Shown in pieces: positions 36,697 through 49,500 of a DNA stretch of 64,000 nt (position 1 is the stretch's first letter; each line of letters opens with the position of its first letter). The DNA lies in the NCBI GenBank assembly GCA_030295235.1, contig AP026145.1, positions 62,001-126,000 of the forward strand, read 5' to 3'. Source of the DNA: Fistulifera solaris. Taxonomy: Eukaryota. The notes under the pieces are model-generated. The model saw nothing but the letters and a program-made list of their open reading frames with translations, was not told where the DNA came from and did no database searches. Position numbers and translations under genes: made by a program.

Positions 36697-37488
36697 TTAC
36701 GAAGGTGACAGAAATGCCGCGAGTTCTTCATCACTTAGATAACGCCATTTCCCCAAAGGCAATCCTCCCAATAAACATGTTCCAATCCGCACTCGCTTCA
36801 GTGCTTCGACGTGCCATCCCACGGCGGCACACATGCGTCGAAGATGGTGGTGTTTACCGGCGTGCAAAACAAATTGGATTTGGTGTTCATTCAAGACCTC
36901 TACACTCACAGCTTCCAGAAAGTCTCCACGATCCTTTATTCCTTGTCGCAATGAATGAATGCGCTCTTGTATTTGATCAAAATGCAGCATCTCAGAGGAA
37001 GGATCTCGTACGCGGACTAGATATTCCTTTTCGACTTGACTGTTGGGGCCAATCACAGCTTTCGCCAGCGCACCTTGCTGTGTAAATAGTAACAAACCAC
37101 TCGAATTCAAATCGAGTCGACCAGCTACCGCTAAATTGGTTAAATTCCTTGGAGCTTTCCTTTGCTGTGGCTGTTGTGGTTTTGATTTCATCGACTTCCA
37201 TTCATTTTCATTCGTCAGCAGCTGGATACTCGGCTTGGCTGAAGGATTCGGTTGTGACGACACGTATCCGACTGGTTTGTGCAAAATAAGAGAGACTTTC
37301 TGCTGAATATCACGCCATGCGGCCGGTAAGAATTCCCATTTCGTGTCGGAAGGAACTTGGAGACCGGGATGCAGAGCTTGTGTGGGAGCGTCGATCAAGC
37401 GGATCCATCCATTTTGTATATATTGATCCGCTTGTCGACGTGAACAAAGGCCGCTTGCAGCAATCAATTTGTTGACGCGAATTGACAT
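36697..37488 (-). CDS. S4-domain RNA pseudouridine synthase (RsuA/RluB/E/F family)
   Basis: S4 start IRVNKLIAASGLCSRRQAD, HKPVGYVSS, catalytic GRLD.NSSGLLLFT, EKEYLVRV, GKHHHLRRMC, LKRVRIG. Confidence 0.92.
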   Translation of the reverse strand: MSIRVNKLIAASGLCSRRQADQYIQNGWIRLIDAPTQALHPGLQVPSDTKWEFLPAAWRDIQQKVSLILHKPVGYVSSQPNPSAKPSIQLLTNENEWKSMKSKPQQPQQRKAPRNLTNLAVAGRLDLNSSGLLLFTQQGALAKAVIGPNSQVEKEYLVRVRDPSSEMLHFDQIQERIHSLRQGIKDRGDFLEAVSVEVLNEHQIQFVLHAGKHHHLRRMCAAVGWHVEALKRVRIGTCLLGGLPLGKWRYLSDEELAAFLSPS

Positions 37489-37791
37489 GATTTCTTTTAA
37501 ATGGTTCAGCACAATTCGAAAACTTGTATCACGAAACACAGAAGCTCGCAATCGAGACACGTCGCCGCGGTTGGTGCAAACAAGCCCGGTTTCCCTTTCC
37601 AGTACGACTTACAGAGCCACTTTAGAAACTAGATAGCAATGAGCAAGCAGGAGAACGTCACAAAAAGGGATGGGCGACGGATATCTCTGATTTACACTTC
37701 ACTTTGACGGTGTCGATCATCTTCTGGGTGTGTTTTTCTTTTGGTTCTGAAATCCGGACGGAAACTCGGTACTGATTGACGTGACTTTGCT

Positions 37792-38030
37792 TGTCCAGAA
37801 AATCTGGACCAACTTTTTGCGTCTCCAGAAAATCTGGACCAACTTTTTCGAGGTCCAGAATGTCTGGACATGTACCAGGTGTGTTGGCCCTTCCGACGGA
37901 AATTCTGTATGTCGTGTCTTTCAATTGTCCAGAAAATGTGGAAACGCATTATAAATATTCTGACGGAATTTCTGTATGTCTTTTACTTGTTCTGGACACG
38001 CATTTGGGTCATCAGACGGAAGCTCTGTAA
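37792..38030. repeat. degenerate repeat cluster related to the 18.1-20.2 kb satellite
   Basis: TCCAGAAAATCTGGACC-type units at 37794, 37824 and 37854 (30-bp period), and GACGGAAwTTCTGTA-like motifs downstream. Confidence 0.7.
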
Positions 38031-39115
38031 TCCAAACACTTCGAACTAACCCGTGGCTTGCAAAATGCGAAGGTAAGCTGTACTTGGGCTCAAATTATGG
38101 CTTGAACTGATTTATAATTTTTCTTCATGACTGAAATGCAGTCGTGGAAAAACGTTGTCTACAATGTTGTACTATCGTTGAAATTAAGGCCCATGACATG
38201 CCACGTCCTTTCGACCAAGTTTCGACAAAATGAATTATTTTTTGTCTAAGAAATGACATGTGCCTGTTGGTAGTATCGTTGCAGGATCGAATGATTCATT
38301 ACATTATTATTAAGAATTAGATGTTGATGTTGCCCTGACTAATTCCAATTTTTCTATTCCTTACCATTTTCCATTCTTTTCCATTCAAGTAATTTCATTT
38401 GTAGCTCGTACATGGGACAGGGCTTTCTGCTCTAGTTGATTGAAAGTCACCTATTTTCGCTACATTCGAAAAAGGAGGAGGAGGAGTCGTCCAACGAGCC
38501 CTTTGACCCAAGAACGTGCTTTCGTCTTACCTCTAGAGTACTGGTACTGTACCGGTCCGGTAGCTAGAGAGTAAACTTGGAATAAAGACAAGCTTCGCAC
38601 CGGTACGGTACTTTGTCTCCTCTAGTCTAGCTAGGAATTTTCCTGTCGAAAAGACTCGCCGAAAACAAGACCGGAAGACGCCGAGACGCGGAGAGGATTT
38701 TTGCGAAATTTTTCGAAACTTTCGTGGATGGCCGGAGTGACTGGTACTCCAAAGTACTTATTGGTGGAGTGTCGTTGGGGAGGTGTCAACGGGAAAGTGG
38801 TGGCCCCGCGCCGCGAAAAAATGCGAACAAACGGATCGAAATGAAACAGGACACGACCCGTACATATTATGCGATAGCCAATGAATTCGGTACTGCTTGT
38901 TTCGATAAAGATACACACACAAAAAGCAGTCTTGCGTTTTTTGCATGCAAGTCCGAAATTTCTCCCCCCAAACGTTTGCTAACGCGCAGCTCCAGAAAGA
39001 AAAACACATCATTGTTATTATTTGTAATTCTTATAGTCGAGAAGCGACGAGCGGAAAGGGAACTATCAAAAGAACGTTATTATTTGTTTTGATTTGACTG
39101 CCGTTTGACTGAATA

Positions 39116-42100
39116 ATGCATACAACACGTCAAGCCGTCGTTTCCTTGTGGTTGTCGTTCTTGACTTTGTGTTGCGTTCCTTCGCACGCGGAATTACGAT
39201 GGTTGTCGTATGACGAATCCTCTTCTTTTTTAAATGCCATGCAACGATATCTCGAAATCGGAGATTTTCAAAGCATCAATGACGGACTTTCGGGCGTACA
39301 ATTGGTTGTTCCGGATCCCGAACCCATCACAACGACCCTTTTGTTTACTTTGACGGTCGAAGTCACCAACCTCGTTTGCGAACAAATCAATATTGGTGAC
39401 TTGCAATCCAATTATAATGCTACAAACACCGAAATGAACTTTGCCATTGAATTATATCCCTTCGCAATGACTTGTACGGGCAATTATGCTTACAATTACG
39501 GCGCATTCATCGCCAATTCGGGAACGCTCACGGCCACCATTTCCGAGAGTCGCATTCAGTTGGGTTTGGGCTTTACGTCGCCCGATTTTGCGACGACGCC
39601 GCCGAATGCGACGCAAGTGGCGCAATGTGCGGCGAGTTTGCAAATTGAGCAAATGTCCTTTTCGGGGGATTTGGAAAATACGATTGCGAATTTGTTTCGT
39701 GAGGGTGTCGAAGATTTAGTGAGCAATGGGGCACAGACGGGTAAGCAACAGTACAAAAGAACAGTGCATCGATTTGTAACAGATACTCACGCTTTCTTCT
39801 TCTTTCACTTCCTCCTATTATCAGCATTATGCGAAGACGCGTCGACGGCTTTTTCGTTCCTCGATGACATGATTGTGAAACTCAACGATGTGATTGGGAA
39901 TTTGACGGAACCGATTACCGAAGAGCAATTGGATCCGTTGCGCAACGAACGAAATTTGGATGTTCCAATTGATCGTCGCACGACGCTCATTCAGTTGATG
40001 GAGGGAGGAGGAACCATTAGCAAAACGGTGCAGTCCTTGTTGGATGAAGCCGATCAAATGTTGGGAGAAATGGTGACAGACCCCAACAACCTCGGCACTC
40101 AAGATCTCGCTGTCAATGTTTGGTTGCGAGATTATTTACTTGATGCGAACGGAATGTTCGCTTTGAACCTGGCCGAGTTGGGAATTTCGAGTTCCGTGTT
40201 CAAAACGCACAACAAGATCTTTGCTGTCGATATCGATCTTAATTCCTTCAAGATCAAAGGTCTGGATACTTTGAAAGTGTTCAATCCCCTTGATCGAATT
40301 GGAAATTATACCATTCAAAATGAAATGGCGTGGGAGAAGCTTTCACTGGAAATTGAGCTGGTGGCCGACTTTCAGACATCGACTCTTCCGGATACTCTGT
40401 TACTGTCCACCATACCGGTGAAAGGACGAGAGACTGTGACCCTCTCGATGGATATGCAGGATGTGCAGGTGAGCCTGGCGGCCTTACTAGCGTTGTTGGA
40501 AGAAGAAGTCGGTAATACGGAAATCGGATCCTTGTTGCGACTCAACTATATCTTGCCATGCATGGCGAACAGTGTGGCGGAACTCGCTATTTCTGGTCTC
40601 GGTGTATCCTTGGGTAGTCTAAGTGATCCGGTCTTTTCAGGTATCGGTTCTCCGGGTGTCTCCCGCCTCTTATCTTCTGTCATTCAGGCGACTTTCGCCA
40701 TGTATAAGCCATTGATGCTCAAATCGATCCCTGGAGCGTTCCAAGGACCCATCCGACGCATGATCAATAAAAATTACATTGAAAAGAACCTTGCGGATCC
40801 TACCTGCTCTAGCATTGTCCAAGGCAATGAAGCTTCGCCATATTTGGACTTTCGTGACCTCCTCCGCACTCGCTCGGAAGCGATCGAACTGGGAACCAGT
40901 GGGGACACTCCTTACGGCAGCACCGTTGCATTGGCTTGGAAGTTTATTCAAGACTGGCTATTGACTCCCGCTGAAGGATCATCCGATATTCCCTTGAATA
41001 CTCGTTTCATCGCTCCTTTTACAGAAAAGCAGTCGGGTATTCCTGGAAGTATTGCTTACAAAGATGCTTTGATTGATCAAAAATTCGCGCTCCTGGATGC
41101 CGATGTGCACTTCCGTGTATTCGATATATACGCCGAAAACTTGGACACGATGGGAGAGCCTCTTTCGTTGCTAGACACCGTACAAGGAGAAGCTCACCTG
41201 ATCAATAACGTCGCAACAGTTGGTGTGAACAAACCGCTCCGGGCTGGCGCCAAAATCAACTTGCAAATGGATGGAAGCGGTACGTGCTTTTAAAAAGGAT
41301 GGTGTATGACGGGTTGAAGGAATGTCTGATTTGGGCTTACAATTGTATCACGTTTCTTTGCAACAGGTGTGTCGATCGATGATCAAATGAGCGTCGAGAT
41401 TGAAGCTGAAAGTCTAAGCTTAGTTCTGGATCTCATTTTGAATGTAATGACGGACGCTTTTGTCCAGTTTCCTCTGAAGGGTACGTACCATGCTTTCCTT
41501 CGCATGCTAATCATTCATCAATGTATACGAGTCTAATGTTTGTGCCGCTTAAACCTGCAGATATTTCCAACGTAAACTGCTTAATGGCGCTTCTGCAGCC
41601 TCCAAGTCTCGACAGCCGGGGCGCACGGCTTGAGGATGGACCGATGCCTTATGTACTTCGCAATCTCACGACGAGTTTTGCTCAACTAAACTTAAATGTG
41701 ACTTGTACGGACTGTAAAAGCGAAGCGATGCTCAAAGTTGCCGAACATTTTTCTTCTGCCGAGGGAACTCAAAGCGGAACTGAGTTGGCGGAAGGTATAT
41801 TGGATCTGTTGACAGAGACGGTTGGTGCTGACTTTTGGCTTTGCAATTAGACCGCCAGATTGCTAATGCTCGATTCAAGTGTCCCCATCACCCGGATTAC
41901 AATCCTGCTAGTGCCGAACGTGACTTCGATGACTTTGATGCCGTCAAAGAGAAGAATCGTTGGAATTTATCATCTCACTTGCCATTGCTGCCTTGGCTCT
42001 CATGATCGGCTTGGCAGTCTTCATGATTATCATTCGCGTCTTTGCCCGCCGCCAGCACAAAAAATGGCTTGAAACAATCAGCGACTCGCAAGCTCTCTCT

Positions 42101-43889
42101 GTGTGGAAGCATCAACAAAAGGAGAAAGAAGATAAAACGAAAATGAATGCGACTTCATCCGCTCTCTACAACTCGCAAGCGATTCCCCTCATTGCGAGAA
42201 TACTCATCCCGCTTGTCATTGTTGGCTGCGTTGGTCTCTTTTGGCTGGTCATTTAAGCATAGCAGCTTCCGTCAGTCTGATTATATCGCTCGCAGAACAA
42301 GAATACCGCAATGACAGTTTCTTCGAGTTTAGCATTGCTACTGGAACTATCAATCTATGGAAGGCTGGTGGATACGAGCTAGCAATCCTGATCATTTTAT
42401 TCTCCGGAGTGTGGCCGTATTTGAAACAAACGATGAGTCTCATTTTATGGTTTGTTCCACCATCGATTGTGTCTGTTGAAAAGCGCGGGAGAACGTTTCT
42501 GTGGCTTGACTTTTTGGCCAAGTGGAGTATGGTCGACATTTTCACGTTGATGATCTCTTTGGTAGCCTTTCGTACAACGGTTCAAAGGTACGTGATGATA
42601 TTGATTCCTGCGACAAATTCCACACCTTTCAACTAATCACTTTTCTTTCTTTCAGCCCCAATGGTGGAATCCTTCCAGACGACTTGTACAACATTGAAAT
42701 TATGGTCATTCCGAAGCTAGGATTGTATGCGAACTTTATTGCTCAAATCGTTTCACAAGTCAGCTCTCACTACATCATTCACTATCATGTAAAGGCAGTC
42801 GACGAGTCGAGGAAACGTCTGAGACAACCGACCGCTCGTATGGACGGAGAAGAAACTGGAAATGAGTCTTTGAGCTCGACATCGTCGGAAGCGGAACTTC
42901 AGGAACCTGTTTCGCTGGCAACAACAGCTTATCGTCGTCCTCATAGAGGTGACAACAAGGCTCTTGTAGCTAGATCCTTTGTAGCCCCACTTTTGTTGCT
43001 TTCGGGAGCTGTCGTTGTTGCTTTTGTTGTGGCTGGATGTGTACTACCCTCTTTTTCGGCGGAAGTGATGGGCTTCTTTGGTATAGCCGTTGAGTTGGGA
43101 AAAGGTCCTGATACCGAAGCGGTGACCCACTACTCGCTATTCAAGATGATTGAAATTCTGTTCAAGCAGGCTACTTACAGTGGCGATGTGGGTGATTACA
43201 TCGGTTTGGGCGCGCTTAGTGCCCTTTTAATTGCAACTGTCTGTATCATTCCGGTATTGCAGACCGCCCTTCTCCCTTCCAGCTGGTTTGTATCAATGAA
43301 TCAAGCAAGAAGAAAACGCCTGGTATTTTTCAACGACATTTTGCAAGCGTGGCAGTACACTGAAGTTTATGCGTTGTCTGTCGTTGTTGGAAGCTGGTAA
43401 GTGCAGTAAATCGAGTTCTACCCGTGGATTAGACGTTGGGCTGTGTGACTAAATTTTCTCTGCAGGCAATTAGGAAACATCAGTTACTACATGGTTAATA
43501 TTTACTGCGATCAACTCAATGCGTTAAAAAGCCTCTTTTCGCAGCTCGTTTACTTCGGTGTTATCGAACCGGACGATGCACAATGCTTCCTTGTCGAAGC
43601 ACAGGCCAGAACTGGATTCTTTTTCATTGCCGCAGGTTCTATTCTTCTCGCGCTCATGAACACGTTCATTAGCAAGGCGGCCAATCACTACATTCGCGAC
43701 AATGTTGAAAAGCCTTCTCTGTCAGGTATTGAACCAAAGACGCAGGTCGATTCAGATGAGTTAAAAGAAGAGATCGACCCAATCCCCATCCTCTTTACAG
43801 ATGAGTTCCGTTTTTGCCTGAGGCGTACGTTAGGGGAGCTACAAAGCGCCGAGACTGGTCAGTCAGAAATGAGCTATCTTGACGAATAA
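39116..43889 (+). CDS. large multi-exon membrane protein: signal peptide, long ectodomain, C-terminal PqiA-like multi-TM region; several apparent frameshifts at 41.8-42.25 kb
   Basis: Introns 39741-39824, 41280-41366, 41481-41560, 42588-42655, 43397-43465 (all GT-AG). PqiA-like FSGVWPYLK...LDFLAKWSMVDIF and a second AWQYTEVYALSV segment. Confidence 0.75.
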
Positions 43890-44182
43890 AGATTTTTAAT
43901 TTATTAGTCTATTGTTCAGCAATAATGTTCGATGATTCATTCTTTCCCTCCAGACCTAGCGTGTCTGTCCATAGACAGATTTTCGTCCTCGCCTTTCCCA
44001 CTCTTAAAAATCGCGGGACTCGAAAGACTCTCGGGATAATTATCGACGGTGAAGACGGTGAAAATCTGAGGAGGATAAGTCGTCGACAAAAGACAAAAAT
44101 ATAGAGAAGAGGACGACGATGGATGCGCCTTGCAATCTTTTGGCGAAGAAACTCAATTGAATCTCCCAAAAAGCCACAGCGC

Positions 44183-44518
44183 ATGCTGGTTGTCCCATTC
44201 ATGTCAAGGGCTATCATCACGACCTCGATTTCACTTTGCATAGCGGCGGTAGGAGCTGCAGCATACGCTTGGTCCAAGAAGAAACAAATGCCTCCAAAGG
44301 CGCCGCATTCTACCATTACTCCTCCAAAATATGCATGGGACACCTTAGAAATAAACGACGACAAAGCTACGCCCACCAAGATTAAACTTCCGCCGAGAAA
44401 ACGTCTAATACCAGTAACGAAGAATGGCAACGATGTCAATTTGGAATTTTTAGCTTCGATGACATTCGCGAACAGCGGCGGAATGCTCCGACCGCCATCA
44501 TGTTTTTGCTGTCGGTAA
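44183..44518 (+). CDS. small single-TM hypothetical protein ending in a Cys cluster
   Basis: Hydrophobic ISLCIAAVGAAAYAW followed by KKK; ends FLASMTFANSGGMLRPPSCFCCR*. Start uncertain (44123/44183/44201). Confidence 0.5.
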   Translation: MLVVPFMSRAIITTSISLCIAAVGAAAYAWSKKKQMPPKAPHSTITPPKYAWDTLEINDDKATPTKIKLPPRKRLIPVTKNGNDVNLEFLASMTFANSGGMLRPPSCFCCR

Positions 44519-44800
44519 TGTCTAATAGCGAGCCACTATACTACTATGCAACCTACATCGGGATATAGATCGAATTGACAGAATGCTTGTTATGAAAAAG
44601 TTTAATACGTACATGAGCAACTTAACCAAGGACGGATGTCAAGTATGATTCAGTTGTTGACTGCTACTACATCGCCAGCAGAAACATGTGAGACGTTTGA
44701 ACAAACATCGTTGTTTGAAACTTCTCTTCCGTCATATATTCTTCTATTCAATCGGAAAAGAGAGATGAAATAAGCGCTTGACACGTACCTAGTTGGCGCT

Positions 44801-45545
44801 CTAGGCTGCTTCGGCAACCGTTTGCGAGCAGGGTAGTTCCCGGAAGAGCTCGTTTCCCCACAAAGCGGCACTTTCCGCCACGTAAGAGCTGAAAAGATCG
44901 TCTTCTTCTTCTAAATTTAAGACAGTTGACGTGTCTTGCAAACATCGATACAACAATAGGAGAAGACAACGACCGAATGTAATCCAGTCCACAGAGGCAT
45001 CCATGTTCTCGTAAATAAGCCTTTCGCAAAGAAACGCTGAATATTCCCACAAATAGTGAGCAGCCAACACAGTATTTACCTTTTTCTTCCTTCGCGCTAC
45101 TAGCAGCAAAATGCGCGATTCCGAGATTGTAGAAAATGATGGCAACAACAGCTTCCCAAGCCCCAGGTTCGCTGAAGTCAATGGTTTCAGTGAAATATAT
45201 CAAGTGCATTGCGTGAGATGTTTTCAGCTCCACGCGCGTGACATCAAAGTCGTCGCGGAACTGACTCCGGATGTGCCGGATGAGCTTGTCAGCACAGACA
45301 ACGATGATAGTATTTGAAGGAGAAATGGAGCTGATCGGTACGATTGGTAAAAGCTGCCGAGATTCGTGGGATTGCTCTACCTTATTCAGCAGTGCGCTTG
45401 TATGCACAGGAGTCGTATCTTCGCAGAACATATTCACAGTCTTGATAAATATTTGAATAGCATGGTCTAGCCAATTTCTTCTTGCCAGAGAGACCCCGAG
45501 ATTATTGAGAGTAAGAACAGATTGAAGGCAATGAACGGAGTTCAT
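44801..45545 (-). CDS. TPR-like hypothetical protein, copy 1; apparent frameshift at ~45083
   Basis: LTLNNLGVSL, IFYNLGIAH. After the indel the frame gives LWEYSAFLCERLIY..CLQDTSTVLNL..TVAEAA*, aligning with 50441-51205. Confidence 0.6.
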
Positions 45546-46589
45546 TCGCTGTAAGCTTTGTTTAACTTTTGTTTGCTTTCCTTTTGATTTTATGACGGAA
45601 AGAAAAGCAAGGAAAATGATGAGCTCATTGACAAGTGACAAGAGAAAGCCTTGGTCCTGCTTATTGGTTGTTGGTTGTTTGTTTGTTGCGGAGTAATGTT
45701 GCCTCCTGCAGAAAGCAGATAAGCTTCTGACTTCTGATAGCACGGATTGTCTACATTTTGAGTCAGTATTCTTGGTCGCGTGTTCAAAACGACGATGACG
45801 TATTTCAGAAACAATGTAATTACTACTAGAAAAGGTTTCTGCTTTGATAAGACAAAAATCCGTCCTCTTGTTCGTCGAACATTCTCTATCTGACTATACT
45901 GATAAGTGTAAGTAAACTTTACCACGATTGGATTTCAGTCACGTTTTTGTGTAAATATAATAACGACGATCAAGGCAAACGAATTAGCCAACAAACGAAA
46001 ATCGCATTTTTGTTGCATTAACTTTTGAAAACTAACTATACGTAGCAATTTCGTTTGGAACGCGACAATCCGACCTTTCGCGTCGAAATGCTGCTGGATA
46101 GCCATGTGTCTCGATCACTATAGCCTCAAAGTGTTGGTTTACGGCCCGAGACCCATGACTGGATTTCATTCATGATCCCGCACTATTAGCAACGACGAGC
46201 ACAATAAAAGCGCGACGATGAGAGCTTTTTTTTTTTTTTAAACACAAAACTCAAACGCTTATCGTTGCTTGTTTATGTTATTTATTGTGTTCTTCATTAT
46301 GCAATCCGTTACCTGTTGATCTTGTGGAAATCAGACGCCCGACTTTTGGGGCATAAGTTTGGCCGAATAGACGGAATGCAACATATCATAATATCAAGTG
46401 TTTCGAATTTCCGACAACGTCGTCAACGAAGGTCATGTTTCGCGGTTTGCAGTTCAAAATCTTATCACATTATCCTTTCAAACTTTTCATGATGTTTCAT
46501 GTTTTTGTTCTGTCTTGTGTGTCGTCCAGGATTTTCAAGATTGTTCTCATTTCTTGGGCGATGCGAAGGAATTATTCTATTTTGCAACC

Positions 46590-49500
46590 ATGACTCGCGA
46601 CAATGACAACACCGCGAGCGACAAAGAAAGCTTTTTTGATTCTTCTTCTGCAGCGGAAATGAACCGTCGAGAAATGTCAGAGCTTTCCATGACTTCCTCT
46701 CTGGATAATGATGCCGCTATGGAAGTTTTGAAGCAGATGATGCATGATCAGGCAACCATGGCACAAGCCATGGCTGCGAACCAGCAGCGTCAAACGGACC
46801 AAGACGTGGCTCGTTTGAGTTGCGAAAAAGAACAGCTTGCTGCCCGAGTAATTGCGCTACAGGAGCAGCTTTCGATGTCACACGCTAATTATTTACCGTC
46901 TAGAATGATGCATTCTTCTCCCCGTGGAATGGAGATGTTGTATCCTCATTCCCCTCCGCCGAGGCACTTTTCGTCAAGTGCGAGCGTCGGCAGTCATCGC
47001 AGCCAACGCGGCAACCGTGGCTTTGATCTACATTTTCCCATGGTGCCAATGTCGCCGCCTGCGCCTTTCATGCCCCCGCAGCCATACCCCGGTTTCATAT
47101 CGGCGCCTCGTTTTCCGATGGATGACATTGACGGTCGCAGTATCAGCAGCGTTCATTCTAGCTTCTCGAGTCGATCGAGGTCGTCTCATCGCTCCAGCTT
47201 GTCACGCTCTTCGTATCGCTCGGCCTCTTCGAAATCTTCTAAGAAAAAGAAGAAAAAAGAAATCGAAAAAAGAGAGACAGAGAGAACGAAACGGGGGATT
47301 CGACCCACCATTGGATGAATATATTCGTCCCGAACATCCTCCTGGTTCCAAATTCTGGAAACGATTCAGCTGGTGGATGACGTGTCTTGTGCCGGATTCG
47401 TGTATTCCTCGCGAAGGTGCCACCGTCAAACAGGCATGGCGCGAAAAGGTTACAATCTGTATCATGGCCCTCGCCCTCAGCGCTTTTGTGGTAGGAGGAA
47501 TCGGATTTTTGCCCATTTACTTCTGCCGATCGAGTACGAGATATACAGCGGAGGAATTGCAGCACAGAGACGAGGCGTGGACGTCACTCTACGGACGGAT
47601 CTACATATTCGACAGCACCTTTCGTCACCCAGGGGGCAATGACGGCACCATGAAACAACTCATCCAAAAGGACGCTTCGAAATTGTTTCCTCGTGCACCT
47701 TTGACGGCTTTGCCTAACTACTGTCTTGACGCGGAGAAATCGAAATATATTGCGCGGTTCCAGCAACCAAAGTGCGACTTGACGGAGGAAGATGTTTCGG
47801 AAGGTGCCTATTGCCACGATTCGATTGTCGGGTTACAAACATCGTACGCTATTTTTGACCCTTGGTTGGATGGGCAAGTTGTCATACCGCGTTGGGAACT
47901 TGAGGAGGAAATGGATATGCAGTACTTGCTTATTAAAAACAAGATCTACAACGTCACGCAGTACATCAACGGGCTTCGCGATCCACATACCTATCGAATT
48001 GATAAGAGCCCCGATCATCCCAATGCTTATTTGGCCAAGAGCTTGCATTTGGCCATTGTGAACAAGGTGAATCAAGATGCTACACAGGTGTTTTACGACG
48101 TCTTCGAGAACGATGACTTTTTGTTTTGCTTGGATGAATTGTTTTTCGAGGCATACTTGGACGACCGATACGATCCCGTTTGCCAGTCGATTGGCATCTT
48201 CATGTATATGTTCTTGTTCTTCGTCGTAGGGATGTTGACAATACAAGTTCTATGTTCTCTTTTGTATCTGGCTCAAAAGTCTCGTACGTTCCTCGAAGAG
48301 CATCTTCAGGCTGCTGTCATGATTATGGTTCCTTGTTACAACGAAGGAGAGACCGAACTGCGGAAAACCATTCGCTCCTGCCTCGACACTACTTATCCGT
48401 ATGAGAACAAAATTATGGTCATCGTTTGCGACGGATTCGTTACCGGTAGCGGCGAGAAGAAAAGCACGCCCGAGATTTGCGCCGACCTCCTTGGCTTCAC
48501 CATTGATTTCGATAAGGACGAGCAGCATCATTTTGTCAGTCTAGGAAAGGACCGAGACAATTTTGCCAGTGTATATGCGGGAACATACAGCGAGACGATC
48601 GATGCAAAAAATGGCAGCGAAACCAAGCAGCTTAAGTATATTGTCGTTGTGAAGCTTGGTAGCCCTGCAGAACGTGGCAGCCCTCGCGCCGGTAACCGAG
48701 GAAAGCGCGATTCACAACTAGTCCTGACGGGGATGTTCAACCGTATTCACCACAATCGCCAGCCATGCGAGCTGGATATGGCCATGGTGAAAGAACTCTT
48801 CAGCTTGGGTCTTCCAGCAAAGGACATTGAATATTTGATGACTATTGATGCGGATACTCGAGTGGAGGAAGAGTCGATTAATCACATGGTGTATGCGATG
48901 GAGCACGATAAATTGATCCTTGCCTGTTGCGGGGAAACACAAGTGGATAACAAAAGCCAGTCGTTGGTCACTGCGATGCAAGTCTTTGAGTACTATTCTT
49001 CGCATCACTTGAAAAAGGCATTCGAATCTGTTTTCGGTTGCGTGACTTGCTTGCCCGGATGCTTTACCATGTACGTTCTGGTCTACGTGCTCTCGTTTGC
49101 TGCTTGCATGAAAGCTACGAGTCTTACTTTGATTTCAAATCAATCTCCAGGTATCGCGTTTTCACGGACGACATGAAGTGCTTGATCGCCAGCGATGGTG
49201 TCTATCAAGATTACAGTCGAAACGATGTACCCTCCTTGCATGAGAAGAATTTATTCGAGCTGGGCGAAGATCGAATGCTCACCACCCTCTTGCTGCAGCA
49301 TTTTCCCGGAATGCGTCTCTCTTTTGTTCCCGAAGCCATTTGCTGGACCATCGTCCCGCATACATTTGCGATTTTACTTTCTCAACGACGACGCTGGATC
49401 AATAGCACTTTTCACAACATGTACGAGCTATTGAAAGTCGAAAACATGTGCGGAATTTGCTTTCTCAGCATGAAAACAGTGGTTATCATGGACATGATTG

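Noticed and set aside
39741..39824. In-frame segment GKQQYKRTVHRF...LLLS in the 725-aa ORF
   Set aside because: It has a GTAAGC donor, pyrimidine tract and CAG acceptor: an 84-nt stop-free intron rather than coding sequence.
43909..44439. 176-aa minus-strand ORF
   Set aside because: Non-ATG start, antisense to the more protein-like 44183-44518 ORF, no motifs.
46924..47320. Overlapping ORFs at the chitin synthase 5' end as programmed frameshifting or two genes
   Set aside because: The break lies in A-runs like the many other indels in the window; a single gene with a sequence error is simpler.
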